64,000 nucleotides of DNA, taken from NCBI RefSeq assembly GCF_009914755.1, contig NC_060931.1; one strand, given 5' to 3'. Position numbers and translations under genes: made by a program. The notes under the pieces were generated by a model. That model ran no database searches, had not been told where the DNA came from, and worked only from the letters and a program-made list of their open reading frames with translations. Source of the stretch: the human T2T-CHM13v2.0 reference genome, Homo sapiens. Below are positions 30,898-45,600 of the stretch, one piece after another. The first letter of the stretch is position 1, and each line of letters begins with the position of its first letter.

Positions 30898-33606
30898 TTA
30901 AAATAAATGAAGTCAGTGTTTATGAAAAGGACCCAATAAAGAGAAGTTTAGAGAATTTAAAAATAGGTTTGTGCCAGGGTTAACTTTGTCCTGACAGTTC
31001 CCTACCTTATATATAGTTTGGGAAGAATTCTTTTTCTCCAAAATATATTTTCTTCTTTGGACCAACCTCCTACTTTCATTTGCATTGGTGAGTTAAAAGG
31101 ATACCTTTTGATGTATGTCTTAGGATTTAATTTCTACACTGCTTTATAATTGTCAACTGTAGTCTTCTTCTTTTACTAGATGGAATTCCTTGAAAGAGGA
31201 GAAATTGTGTTTTATTCATACTGTCACTGCCACCCGCCCAACCCCCAACACGTGTGTGGCACAAAATAAACATTCAAAAATATATAATGAATAAAATTGA
31301 ATTAATAAATAACTAATAAATAGTTATAGAGTTCTGTACCTGTTGCATTCTAGGTACTGCGCTAAGTTCTAGTGATTCTAAGACCTAACGTCTCGAGGTT
31401 TTCACAGTGTATTTAGTACAGGAGATCGTCAAATCCAGGAGAGCCTGGCCATTGTCAGCAGTCGGTGGAAGACGAGGTGCCAGAAGGGAAGAAAGGAGGA
31501 AAAACACATGTGATGTCCTTGAATAGCTTCAAAAAGACCAGTGTAGCTCTCAAGTGAAACCTATGTGAACTTGTAAAGCTGGCTTTGTGGATTAGTAAAA
31601 TATCATTATTTCTAAATCTAATTTGAACTTAATGATAACTCCACCTATACTAAACTATCTACGCTAGAGTCTCCTAAGAAATTAACAGTGAAGCCATCAT
31701 AGAGCTTCCCTTATACATCCTAAAGGAAGCAAATTATTCTATTTAATTATCAACTACTTGTATAAAAATGGATGGTGCTAGTGTCAGATCTTCCCTTAAA
31801 GCAGGGCTGATAGGGTTTTTGCTTGAAACTATTTTGTGTCAACATGTAGTTTGAGTGGCTATGTGAATTTAAAAGATGCAAACCACATATCTCAAAAAAC
31901 TTTCTACTATCGGTCTTTGTATTGCCACAGCCTGGCTTCTTCTCTGGCTGATTGGGTCCCCATTAGGACTTTTCTTTGCTGTGAGTTGAAGGCATGTACT
32001 CTCTCTCCATTTGGGGTTATGAGCAGACCAGTGGTTGATGTGGAATCAGAAGTTCTGAACTCTAGTTCAAATTGAAAACATCTGGTTCTTCAAATACTTA
32101 ACATTTTTATACACAGGTCATGGACAAGTAGCTTAAATGTTTCAATTCAAGCAATCACAACTCAAAACACCTCGTGCATCAGTTTTTGCTGGTGATGAGC
32201 ATCAGGAATGAGAAATATCACCGGCAGTCCCAAATGCTTCTTCAAAATATGAAAGCTGAGATTACATAGCATATGCCAGAGGAGAACTTCTCTAATTAAA
32301 ATGGATGGAAAATGCCATCCCAGTAAATCAGATAATACCTCAGCATCACAGTGCATCAGGGGGGTAATGGTAACATTTCACCTTGCTCACTTAGTTTTTA
32401 AATGGTAATTCAGCCACTTAGAACATATTCAAATTATGCAGCCTTTGCCTAATAACATCCTAAGTGCAGCCATTTTTGTAGATGTCCGTCCACAATTATG
32501 TTAAAATCTACATATAACATCTGGTAATGTGGTCCATAATGCTAAGTTTTCTTCCACTTAGGAAGAGACAATTCATGTATGAAAACAGGGCCCTAAAATA
32601 CTTATTAATTAAATTGTGTCATGCATATCCAAGAATGCATGCTATTGTCTAACTAAATTTTCTTGCAGTTAATGTCCTTTTTTCAGAGATGACAACAATG
32701 AAATCTTCTTGATGACTTAAGAGGTAACAAAGGAGCCGTTGTCTTTTCATAGTTGATAATTTATAAATCCTCCCTCCAATATATAACTATGTGTAGTTGG
32801 CACATTAATAGTAGCTGTCCTGGTTATATTTTCTGCTTGATGTTGAACCTAGAATTTTTACTTAATCAGATCCACACAGTGCTTCTTACAGTACAAAACG
32901 TCTACCTCAAGCCTAAGTCGTGGCTTATGGCTTGTCAGTTGTGACCTGTCTTTGTGAAACTATTAGAACTAATCACTTAGGATTTATAAAATAACTTGAA
33001 AACTCTAGAAACTATTTTACTTTTTAGTTATTTTCATATTTTTATTTTCCCTTATTTAGAAATGGATGACAAAATATGTTTCTACATCCAAAAACCTAGA
33101 TTTAATATGATATCAGTATGATTTTCTCTGGAAGTCTAATAGATAATTATTTGAAATAACCCTATTGATAGGAAGATATCTTCGGAATCTACCCTTACGT
33201 ACACATACTAGCCTCTAGGAGTTGAACACTGATGTCAGGGTTAGGTTCAAAATTTGATCAAAAACAAACAAGCAAACCAGCTAAATCCACCCTGAATTCT
33301 AAATGCTTATACAAAGGAAAAAAATCTAGCAATCCTCTGAGAATCTGAAAAACATAATAAAGTCAGTAACTACCAGTGGCATCTTGGTCATAGGTATTTT
33401 TCATTTTATTAAGAGATGTATATTTTTGCTGATGAAATTGGCAGTGTTCAAGCATTTAAAAAAATAAACTAAAGGAAAAAAAATTAACTTGGGCCCACAA
33501 CTGCCCTATTTTAAAAACAGCATAAAAAATACCAGAGCGTAGCAATAATTTAACCTCCTGGGAAAGATCCAAGGATGCATATTTCGGAATCTACCTATGT
33601 CATTCC

Positions 33607-33977
<371 letters not shown>

Positions 33978-34659
33978 TAGGCTATAGCAGTGCAACTCAG
34001 GCAAGCTACTCTGATTTTATTTTTCTTCATAAAGGTAGGATAATAATAAGTAACAGAGTTGTTTTGAAGTTTAAATGAAATTCTGTGTGTATATGAGTCT
34101 GAGAGGTGACCGGAGCAAATCAACAAAGAATAATGCAGGTAGACTTTGAAGTCCAAGCCAAGAAAAAAAAAGGAGAGTGATATGTGGACATGTGGACATG
34201 TGGTTTAGGAAAAGCAATGTGCCTGCCTGCTGATGTTTGGACTCTTCTTGAAAGACAAGTTTCTTGTTCTAGTGGAGATACAAAAGGACAAAATCAAGGA
34301 GAAATGGCTCAATGGCTCCTCAAACCGCTCTAGCTGCTCAACATCGTCTGAGTGTAATAGTGAGTTATTTAGAAAGCAGGAAAGAATAAAAAAGATAATA
34401 GAAACAACATAGGAAAAAACCAGTTAAAGACGTTCTTTTAAAAATCTCGTGCAGGGAAAACATCCTTAGTCTTTGTCCTGTCTACTTTCAAGTTGGAGTA
34501 ATTGATCCTTTATCTAGGAGACATCTGTTCTCTATGAAAGATAATGAAGATACCAGAGTAGGAAAGTATGGACCAAGACAAGGACTTAAGGCAAGGCACC
34601 TCTTTCTTCTAAAGCCTGTTTGTAGCATCTGCAGGAACTCAGATTAGTGTTTCACTTGA

Positions 34660-35071
<412 letters not shown>

Positions 35072-36659
35072 CTTCTGTGGGCTGATTTTTAAGCAAAATG
35101 TTCTGTCTTTGAATTAGCTGCTAGGAAACCCAGCTCCCTCCTCCACCCCATCTTTGCAGGTGCATAATGTGTGTGTTTTGTATATCCGATGACTTTATTT
35201 TCCCACCTTCATTTCCCCTTTATCCTAATTTGCAAAACAGATTTGAGGTGGTTTTGAAATACATACAGACCAGATGATAAATAAATAAATAAAATAATAA
35301 ATAAAATATCGTGACCAAATGATGATGAATAAAATAAATAAAAATGCTCAATTCCTTCTTATGTAAAAAGACTTTCCACAACTCCAATACTTCACCTACT
35401 TATTGTTTTTTCTCTCTCTTTTCCTTTACAATTTTTAAAACAGCTTTCTATATTTGCTGTTTCTTTATTTCTCACTCATTCTTAAATCCATTGCCATCTA
35501 CTTTAGCCCCTACTGCTTTTGTAAATTGATCATCATAACAGTCAAGAAAAACATCCTTCATCAGATGCTTCTCAGGCTTTCTCTTGGCCCCTCTGCCATA
35601 ATTATGCCATTCTTATTCTATTCATTTTTATAAAATTCTTAATATAGTACTGTCTATGTTTCCCCAATGAGACTCCTTCATCCTTTCAGTCCCTGCATGC
35701 CTACACCATGTTGATATCTTCTGACATTTAAAACTGAATTGTTTTGAGTCATATTCTTTTGTTTCTTTTCTTTGATCCTTGCTTTTTTAGAGGACAGTAC
35801 ACTTTTCTCACTTATTTGATCATTTTATTTCCTATATCTCTTGCAGTATTCTCCTGCATTTATTTTTCATCTTTTTAAAGTACTTTCTCTAAAAATGCTT
35901 CCAAAGTGGGCTCTTTTTTGTGGCAAACTTTTTGGGACATCATAAGCCTGAGAATATATTTATCTTACCATCACATGTATAAAATAATTTGTTGGATATA
36001 AATATGGAGCTTCAAAGTTGTTCCTTTCAGTATTTTAAAAGATTACTTTGTCTCTTTGCATCTAATATTTGTATTGAGAAATACTATTTCATTCAGATTT
36101 TTGTCTCTTTGGAGATCATAAACTCTTTCTGGAAGGCTTAGGGTTTTCCTCTGTCTTAGATTTCCCTATCATGTCAATCTCCTTGGTTTGTGGTCTGCCA
36201 GTCCTGGAGGTTTGACTGGGAGAGGAGGTAGAGGAATAAATGTCCAAGGGGCCAATGAACCTTGCTGGTATACTCCAGTTCCCTACCCCACTGGGCTTTG
36301 GGCTGCCTAATATTTAATATCATACCACAGGAACAAGGCTGTTGCTGCTGGTTTCTGTGATTTTCCAAGGCAATGCAGGTGGAGACTAGCGTGAAGTTTA
36401 AATGCTCTCCCTCAGCCTGCTCTCTCCCTCTGCTGTCTCTGGCTGCTCATAGCACCAGGCTCCACTTGGCCCTTCCAACTCATGACATCCTCTGGCCTCC
36501 CCAAGAGTTTCTCCATTTTTATGTCAGTAGTACTTTCTGCCTGTACATCCTGTAGCTTCTGTAGTTTCTTCAGGGTTGATTTTGGGGAAGGAAGTCAATA
36601 GCCAGGGTTGGCTCATTATCTTGTCAAGACCTAGAAGACTCCCTCTCATCAGTGTTTTA

Positions 36660-37265
36660 CTCTGCTGACTTGTGCCTCCTTCCTAAAACACTCTTACCTT
36701 GACTTCCCCATAGCACATTTATAGGATGCTTCTTTTTCTTCTCCTTTGAAGATTCTTCCTCTTCGGGCCATTCCTGTTGGCGTCCAAGTCCTGCTCCTTT
36801 CTCACCCTCCACGTCCTCTGGAGATGATCTCATCTCCTTCAAAGGCCTCAATTGCCACCTACATGCTGAAGGTTTCTAGCCATCTATTTCCAGCTCCATA
36901 CTCTGTTGCACTGTCTACTCATACAGCCAACTCACCATTGGCCATTACCAAGCAGATGCAAAATGCGTCACAACTAATCTCATCCCAATCTTGGCAGCTC
37001 CTCATAGGTTGCCTCTATCTGTCAGGATGCCACTTAATTTTCAAAGCCAGGATCTGAATGTCCTTCTTGATCTCTCCCCCATATCCCACCCCTAATTAAT
37101 TTCTAAATTCTGTTGATTCTGCCTCCTCAGCATATCATAGATTCACACTCTTTTTTATCTTCCTGTGTTTTAGCCTTAATCTGGGCCATGACCACCCCTT
37201 GCCTGAGATGTGAATGACCCTACTAACTGTTCCAACATTGCCCTCTCCCTACCTCACTGTTTCAT
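36660..37265 (+). mobile_element. L2 fragment
   Basis: degenerate pyrimidine-rich L2 ORF2/3' motifs (gatctcatc...ccacctacatgctga; aaattctgttgattctgcctcc). Confidence 0.65.
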
Positions 37266-37269
37266 TCAG

Positions 37270-37715
37270 TACAGCTGGGGTAAAACCAATTCTGAAATTT
37301 TTTGGTCTCGGGTAAGCTTTGCACTGTTAAAATTTATTGAGGATGCCAAAGAGCTTTGTTTATATGGTTTATATATAGACATGTATTTTTACCTTGTTAG
37401 AAATTAAAACTGAGACTTTTTAAAAGCTTGCCTTTTAAAATGTTATTCTTTTATTTTATTATATTTGGATGAGGATAAAATGTTATCCTTGAATAACACA
37501 AGCACATATTCTAAGAGCCATCAGAACAGACCAATGATGTTGTCACTCATTATGTAGCCTTTGGAAAAGTTTACATGCTTAAAAGAATAAGTGTGAAAAA
37601 GGTAAACAGTGTCTTACTATTGCTATGAAGATAGTTTTGACTTCACAAATGCCCTGAAGATCTTGGAAACCCACTCCCCCCAGGGCTCTCTGGAGTCCAC
37701 TTTGAGAATTACTGC
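37270..37715 (+). mobile_element. hAT-Charlie-family DNA transposon fossil
   Basis: tttttggtctc...ttattgaggatgccaaagagctttgttta...ttagaaattaaaactgaga...actttgagaattactg. Confidence 0.65.
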
Positions 37716-37719
37716 TCTA

Positions 37720-38232
37720 TTACAACCATCTGATCCCCTTACTTCCCAGCTAAAATCACTGTAATGCCTTGCAGTGGTCTCTCAGGATGAAGTCCAAAAA
37801 CTCCAGCAAGGTATACAAGGCCCTTCATGACCTTGTCTCTGCCCATCTCTCCAGACTCATTTCCTGTAATGTCTTCTTTGAACTCTGCTTCTCTGCACTG
37901 AAAGCCTTGCAAGCCTCCGTGTTTGCCTTTTCCTTTCTTCTCTAGGCCATTGCACTTGCTTTTCTCTTGGCCTAGAATGCCTTTTGCCCCTACGGTTCCT
38001 TTTGGACTCAGCTTTGTCTTGAGCTTTGCCTAAAACCTTCCTTTAAGACCAGTCTCTTTCTCTGATTTCCTTGAACTTAGCCCTGTTTTATCATATATTA
38101 TCTTTTTTACAACTGTTACTGACTTCTGTCTTCCCTTCTACACTGTAAGATCCTTGGGTCTTGATCATCATGGAGTTCCTAGCACAGTGCCCGGCACACA
38201 GGAGATGCTCAATAACATTGTTAAATCAATGG
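37720..38232 (+). mobile_element. L2 3' region
   Basis: aaggcccttcatgacct...gcctagaatgcc...cctagcacagtgcccggcacacaggagatgctcaataa. Confidence 0.8.
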
Positions 38233-39446
38233 ATAAAAATACATGCATATACTAATGTAAAGCATGGACTTTATATTATCTTACATTATATTAACTTATA
38301 TGTAAGCCTATTACATTTTTCTTTTAAATGCTAAGTAAATTGGGGTTATTGTTTTCCATACCATGTATTAATCCATACCTTTTATTATAAAATTTCAATT
38401 TAAAAGCATTAGTATTTTACTAGCAGTGGATGCTAGTGGATATATGCTGTGGACTGACTTATTCAATGGTTACAGAGGACTAACTCCCCTTGATTGGATC
38501 CACCTTTACCCACCAACCAGGAAACTGGTATGATAGAGCTAGGGCATAAAAAAGGGAAGCGGTTGTATGTGTGACTACTTTATTGGCTATTTAGAACTAT
38601 GGAATATTTGCCTGTGGGCTATCTTTCCATGCCAGCAATAGATTAATTTATGGTCAGAGGAGCAGAGGAGACACTGTATGGAAATTGTATGCAAAAGTTT
38701 TTGCATATGTGAATTTTTCTGGGGATGACATGCATCGCTTACACCTTTGAAGGGGGTCTAGGATACAGAAAACTATAAGAATCACTTCATGATTAATGGA
38801 CTGGTTTCAATGTGTGATAGGCTATTTTATTTTCAACCAAAAAAAGTGAACTTAGATGCAAGATCAATCAGTATCCCAGGTCCACTTCACCATGGCATAT
38901 TTATACCTACTTTGACTGTGATAATTTTTTATTGAACTTGTAGAGTCCTCTACTGCATGTAATGTAAGCTTCTGAGGATGAGAACCTTTCTAAATCAGAC
39001 AGCTAGTGTGCAAATAGATTTGAAAAGTGATTATAGGCAAATTCAGACAGGAATTTTCAAGGTAACTCCACTAAATCACATGCAAGATAGCCGTGTGCTC
39101 AGAAAGCTATTATGAAAGATCACATTTCAATTGCTGATCAATTCTACAGACCATTTTTAAAAACCTATTGATATTAATGGCAATATTTTTCATGTAGATA
39201 TTAACAATATAATTATTTTTATTAGGCATTTGCTTACTTATTAATTTATAAATACATTTTCCATTATTTTTAAGTATATTAAGGGTTTATTAAGTGTTTT
39301 GTTTGCATCTGGAATGCATCTTTTTTGTTAAAGTTGTGACCCGCCCCCCTTATTGGGTGTCACAATGACATTAAATTTAAGGAAAAGAAAACATTTTAAA
39401 ATTAAAATGAATGGAAAATAGGATTAAATGTTTTCCATAATGTTCT

Positions 39447-39738
<292 letters not shown>

Positions 39739-40367
39739 TTTATTTATTTAAAAAAGACTTATTTTTTTATTTTATAAATTTTTTTATAAAATGACTTTTT
39801 ATAAAAATATTTTTTATAAAAAAAGTCATTTTTATAAAATGACTTTTATATTTTTCTTTCTAGATTTTTTTTTTTTTTACTTTTATCACCCTTCCTCACT
39901 CAAGAAACACACTGTTACACTTTGAAGCAAGATATTTTCTGAGTTTATTAAAGCATAAAAGTGTCTTCAATTGATGGCCCCTTGCTTGGGTTGTTGAATA
40001 TCTCTTCTCTTTTTTAAGTTCACCTCAAGAAAATTTATTCCCTATTTAATTCCTGTCTAAGTGTACATTTCCCTCTGCATTTGTTTCATGTTTGGGATAA
40101 CTATAAAATGGCTATTTATAGACTGGCCCTTTGACCTGTGCTTTAATCTAGTAAGGCCAACTTGGTTCCTTTTGATTTTCAAGCTGCAGAAATAAGGCCA
40201 TTTTCAGGATTCTAGAAGGGAAATGGCAAAGGTATAAATGTATTTGATCTGAGTCTATGTTTTGGATTTGCATTTAAGTGTGAGAATGAGAATGTCTAGT
40301 GTTTTGAGAATTATAGTAGTAGTAATAATAAAAATATTAGAAATAATAGCTATTCATTATAGTCTAG

Positions 40368-40585
40368 ACCTGCACTGATCCATATGGGAGCCCCTAGCCC
40401 CAAGAAGCTACTGAGCATTTGAAATATGAATGTGTCACATGTTGAAAGGATAATATTTTGGAGATACATGGTTAAATATAATATATTGTTATATTACTTT
40501 CACCTTAAAATATTTTTTAATGAGGCTGCTAGAATATTTTAAAGTTTTGTAAGTGGTTTGCATTATATTTTTATTGGACAATTGG
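40368..40585 (+). mobile_element. MER3-like hAT-Charlie element inserted in a MIR
   Basis: ctactgagcatttgaaatatg...tttcacc...cattatatttttattggaca; gtctag flanks. Confidence 0.75.
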
Positions 40586-40589
40586 TCTA

Positions 40590-40765
40590 GGCATTTTGCA
40601 TGCACTATTAACTCATTTAATCCTCACAACAACCCTATGAGGCATGTATCTTTAATATTCTTGCTTTTCGTGGAAAGAAACTGATCATCACAGAGAGTGA
40701 ATAACTATCCCAGAGTTAATCATGGCAGAACCAGGACTCAAACCCAGTTCATGCTCTTAACCTGT
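40590..40765 (-). mobile_element. MIR fragment
   Basis: aactcatttaatcctcacaacaaccctatgagg...ggcagaaccaggactcaaacccag. Confidence 0.85.
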
Positions 40766-41609
40766 AGTTTCTAGTCTTTTTGATAGCATATCCCATCAGT
40801 TCTTTTTGCTACCAGTGACAGCAGTATGATTGAATATGCTTCTTTATTTTTTAAAATCTTGGTTCTTACTTTGTGATATAGCAATCTGAAGATCATATTG
40901 ATTTTTAAAATGCATGCATTTAATGAATCTGATGGCTGAAATATATAACTCACAAGGATATGGACATCTATATGAGGAAGGGCAGCATTATCGTTAGCTG
41001 CATTTACTAAATCATGATGCTCAGACTTTTTGCCCATGCATTATTTACTCAAAGGATTTCACTGAAACTTAGCTAGTAGATTTCTGTTTCTCTTGATATC
41101 ATTAAATTGTACTTGCAAACTATTTAGATAACATTACATTTTAATATTTGTATTAAGTGATTCCTACTAAAATTCTTTGTTTAAAAGATTTTTAAACAGC
41201 TTTTAAAAAGTTTGAGACTTTTTAGAGGTGACACATACTTTTCATCAAGAGAAAAATGGAAATATCTCCATATGTTTATCTTTAAAATGCTTTCTGCCTT
41301 CATTGCTAAAAATGACATTCTAACCTTGAAGGGATAGATTAAGTGCGATTATATTTTTTCAGAAGTAGCTACTATGTGCATATTACTGTCAACCACTTAT
41401 CACAGAGAAGTTAAGCTAATTTATAACACTTGTCCTTTGTCAAAAAGTTGCAACATCTGTAAGTTAAAAAACTTTCTCAACTTCTGTACTTTGTCACAAG
41501 GTACTAGAGGTAAAACAATTTTTATAGTTAGCAACAATCTTATTTGAAACTATTGTGGAGATTCTACCAGGTTCTACTTAAAAAATATTAACTTCATTGA
41601 TGACTGAAC

Positions 41610-42513
41610 ATAGAGAACACAACAAATAAGTGGCTTCCTCCTGTTATACTCTCAACACAACACAGAACACTTCTGATACAAGATGTGTGAGTTTTCCCCC
41701 ACATCTCGATTCTCTGATGAACAACAACGGGGTGTCCTACAATTCAATTCAATTCTGACACTAAGCAGAGTTAGCCCAGACCCCTTCCCCACAGGTTAAG
41801 GTTTCCGTCCCACAAGACTACCCCACACTTCAGATGCTAATCATAAGCAGTAGGTTCCCAGGTTATTGACAATTTCTGTCTGACTTAGCTACGAATCAAA
41901 AGTTCCTACAAACCCCTTCTCCAGTTTGATCATTTGCTAGAGTGGCTCACAGAGCTCAGGAAACTGTTTTTGCTTTACCATCACCCATTTATTGTAAAAG
42001 CATACAACTCAGAAACGTATAGGGCTGGTTATGGGGGTAGGGACACAGAGCTTCCATACTGTCTCTGGGGGCCTGCCCTCAGCACCTCCCAGAACCTCCA
42101 TGTGTTCAGCAACTCATAAGCTCTTCAAACTCCACCATTCAGGGATTTTTTTAAATGGAGCCTTCATCACGTAAACATGATCAATTATTAACTCAATACT
42201 TAACCTTTCTCCCCTTCTCAGAGCATGAGGGATGGAGCTAAAAGTTCTAAACCTTTAATCATGGTTTGGTCCTTCTGGTGACCAGCCACCATACAGGAGT
42301 CCATTAAGAGTCATCTCGTTAGAGCTAAAGACCTTCCTGTCACCCAAGAAATTCCAAGGAATTGGAAGCTGTATGTTAGAACCTAGGGATACTGACCAAA
42401 TATTAGAACAAAAGATGCAGGCAGCATCTCTATCACTCAGACAAATCCTAAGAGTTTTAGGAGCTCTGTGCCAGGAACTAGGGAGAGATATAATATTTAT
42501 CATGATATGACAC
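41610..42513 (-). mobile_element. MER21-family LTR
   Basis: ggggtgtcctacaattcaattcaattctgacact...cccacaagactacccc...ggagctctgtgccaggaac. Confidence 0.82.
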
Positions 42514-42829
42514 AGACATTCTGTTACACCATGCACTTTTAGCTTCTTTTCTTTGCTGCATCAGCTTGGCTGTGCAACGAATGAATTTCACATGTGGTGT
42601 TTTCTCTGTAATCTTACCTTGGAAATACTTTTTTCAAGATTCTAATTTTAAAAGTTACTCTGCCATTGGTTACACTTGCACAGGTTTCAGTAAAACACTA
42701 TTCTCATAAAATAATTCATGCACTGTGTGCATATAGATTCTCTGGCATATCATTCCTTTAGAGACTTACAAAAATAATTCTTTATGAATTTTGTTATTGA
42801 GGTTTAATTTGTGCATGAGTGAAATTTTA

Positions 42830-44325
42830 AAATATTTTAAACTGATAATGAAAATACAACATATCAAATATTGGGGATGCAGTTAATTCAGTGCTTAAGA
42901 GAAATTTATAGCTTACATTGTATTATAACTTATGCTTACATTAGAAAGGAAGAAAGGCTTAAAAATAAATGATTTAAGTTTCCTTGTCAAGAAGGTAAAA
43001 AAAAAGATAAGCAAACAAATCCAAAAGTAAGTAGAATGAAGGAAATAACATATTAGGAACAGAGATCAATGAAATGAAATACAAACAGCAGAGAAATTTA
43101 ACAAACCAAAAGTTGATTTTTTAAAAAAACAACAAAATTGTTAAATCTCTATCAAAACTGTGCAAGAAAAACAGACAATATATACTACCAACATCACAAA
43201 GAAAAGGAAATACTACTACAGATTCTAGAGATTAAAAAGAATAATAAATAAATAGTATGAACAAGTCTATGTCAATAAATTCAACAACTTAGATGAAATT
43301 GACAATTTTTTGAAAAACACAAATTATCAAAACTTAAACAAGATGAAGTAGAAAACATAAATAGCCTTATATCCATCAACAGTATTAAATTTATTAACAA
43401 CAATTCCCTTACAGAACAAACTTGAGTTCTAGGCAGTTTCACTGGTGAATTAAGGAAGGAATTGTCAAAAAATTAAGGAAGGAATTGATCCTCCCACCTC
43501 GGCCTCCAAAACTGCTGGGATTACAGTTATGAGCCACTGTGCCCAGCCCTACAAACTCTTTTAGAAAACAGAGGATGAAGAGAAATTTCCTGACAAATTT
43601 TATGATGCTAAAATAACCCTGATAGCAAAACCAGGCAAGGATATTACAAAAAAGAAAACTATGGGTGAATATTCCTCATAAACATAGAAAAAAATCCTTT
43701 TAAAATTAGCAAATTAAATCCAACTATATATATAGTATATATACACATCATAACCTGGTGGGGTTTATCTCCAAAATGAAAAGTTAATGATTTAACATTT
43801 AAAAATCATACAATGTAACTTATTATATAAATGGACTAAAATACCATATGATTATCTCATTACATGCCATAAGATTATCAAATACCATATGATTATCTCT
43901 TTCTGTATTGATGCAGAAAGAGCATATGACCAAAGTCAATGTTCATTCATAATTTTAAAAAAATGTATCAGTAAACTAGGAAAAAAGTGAACTTACTCAA
44001 TTTGGTAAACAGCATCTTCAAAAAACTTACAGCAAAAATAATATTTAATGGTAAAAAACTGAACGCTTTTCTCCTCAGATTAGGAACAAAACAAGGATGT
44101 CTACTTTTACCATTTTTATTCAGCCCAGTAGAGAGATCCTAGTCAATGAATAAGACAAGAAAAAAAGGTAAAACATAAAAATTGGCAAGAAAGATGTAAA
44201 ACTGCCTTTATTCACAATGTGATCATTTGCTTAGAAAATTCTAGGAAAGGAGCTACAACCACCACCACCACCACAATAAAATATATTAGTACTGACAAGT
44301 GAGTTTTAGAATACAAGATTACTAT
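42830..44325 (+). mobile_element. Old L1M ORF2 remnant (degraded)
   Basis: A-rich sense L1: gaaatttatagc...ttagatgaaattgacaa...ggaacaaaacaaggatgt. Confidence 0.85.
43486..43548 (-). mobile_element. Alu 5'-end fragment (~63 bp)
   Basis: tgatcctcccacctcggcctccaaaactgctgggattacag...gcccagcc. Confidence 0.88.
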
Positions 44326-44338
44326 ATAATACAAAGCC

Positions 44339-44492
44339 TGGGGGGGGGGAGGGATAGCATTAGGAGATATACCCAATGCTAAATGATGAGTTAATGGGTG
44401 CAGCACACCAGCATGGCGCATGTATACATATGTAACTAACTTGCACATCGTGCACATGTACCCTAAAACTTAAAGTATAATAATAATAAAAA
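44339..44492 (+). mobile_element. Younger L1PA 3' UTR tip (~150 bp)
   Basis: G-tract, aatgctaaatga, gtaactaac, ccctaaaacttaaagtataataa; TSD aatacaaagcc. Confidence 0.93.
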
Positions 44493-44506
44493 AATACAAA
44501 GCCATA

Positions 44507-44887
44507 CACATGTACACCATGAAATACTCTGCAGCCATAAAAAAGGATGAGTTCATGTCCTTTGTAGGGACATGGATGAAGCTGGAAACCATCATTCTCA
44601 GCAAACTATCGCCAAGAACAAAAAACCAAACACTGCATGTTCTCACTCATAGGTGGGAATCGAACAATGAGAATACTTGGACACAGGAAGGGAAACATCA
44701 CACACCGGGGCCTGTCGTGGGGTGGGGGGAGTGGGGAGGGATAGCATTAGGAGATATACCTAATGTAAATGACGAGTTAATGGGTGCAGCACACCAGCAT
44801 GGCACATGTATACATATGTAACAAACCTGCACATTGTGCACATGTACCCTAGAACTTAAAGTATAATAAAACATATATATATATAAA
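44507..44887 (+). mobile_element. L1PA 3' end (~380 bp, approx. L1PA5/6-type)
   Basis: ORF2 terminus ([27 protein letters not shown]) plus 3' UTR; TSD aatacaaagc(c/t)ata. Confidence 0.94.
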
Positions 44888-44941
44888 AATACAAAGCTAT
44901 AAACTCATCATACATAGAGTATGGTCTTAAATGAGCCATAG

Positions 44942-44999
44942 TATTAGGTTAGCCATATGAAATTGCTACTCAAACAGCAATTTATATAGTTTTACCTAA
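44942..44999. mobile_element. MADE2-like mariner MITE, internally shortened
   Basis: tattaggttagccatatgaaattgc...gcaatttatatagtttacctaa inverted termini. Confidence 0.7.
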
Positions 45000-45600
45000 G
45001 GGGAAGTAAAGTTTGATGACATAGATTACGTAAATCAACCATTATTTCTAAGGAATGTTGGTTATCTACATGTAGAATATTTGCATGTACTAATATCTAA
45101 TTTGTGACCTAAGTGAGACAAGCGGTTCATTTATATTCCTTTTTTCTTTTGGCTTTAAAAAGAAGTTTTTATTAAGGTATAATTGATATACAAAAGACCG
45201 TGCATATTTAATGCATATAAATTGATGAATTTAGACATATGCATACACTTATGAAACCATCACCACAATCAAGGTAATAAATTTATTCATCACTTCCAAA
45301 AGTTTCCTCATGCCTCTTTCTTTCTGTGTGTGTGAGTGTGTGGTAAGAACTCTTAACATGAGATCTACCCTCTTAATAAATTTTTAAAGTTCATTATACC
45401 ATAGTGTTAAATATAGGCACTGTATTGTACAGCACATCTCTACAACTTACTCATCTTTCAGAACTAAAATTTTAAGCCCGTTGAACAACTCCTCTCATTT
45501 TTCTGTCCCCACAACCCCTGGCAACCACCATTCTACTCTCTGCTTCTATGAGTGTGACTATTTTACATGCCTCATATAAGTGAAATTGTGCAGTATTTTA

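Noticed and set aside
33181-33595. 13-bp repeat ttcggaatctacc at ~33181 and ~33583
   Set aside because: Too short to separate confidently from chance, though a small templated copy is possible
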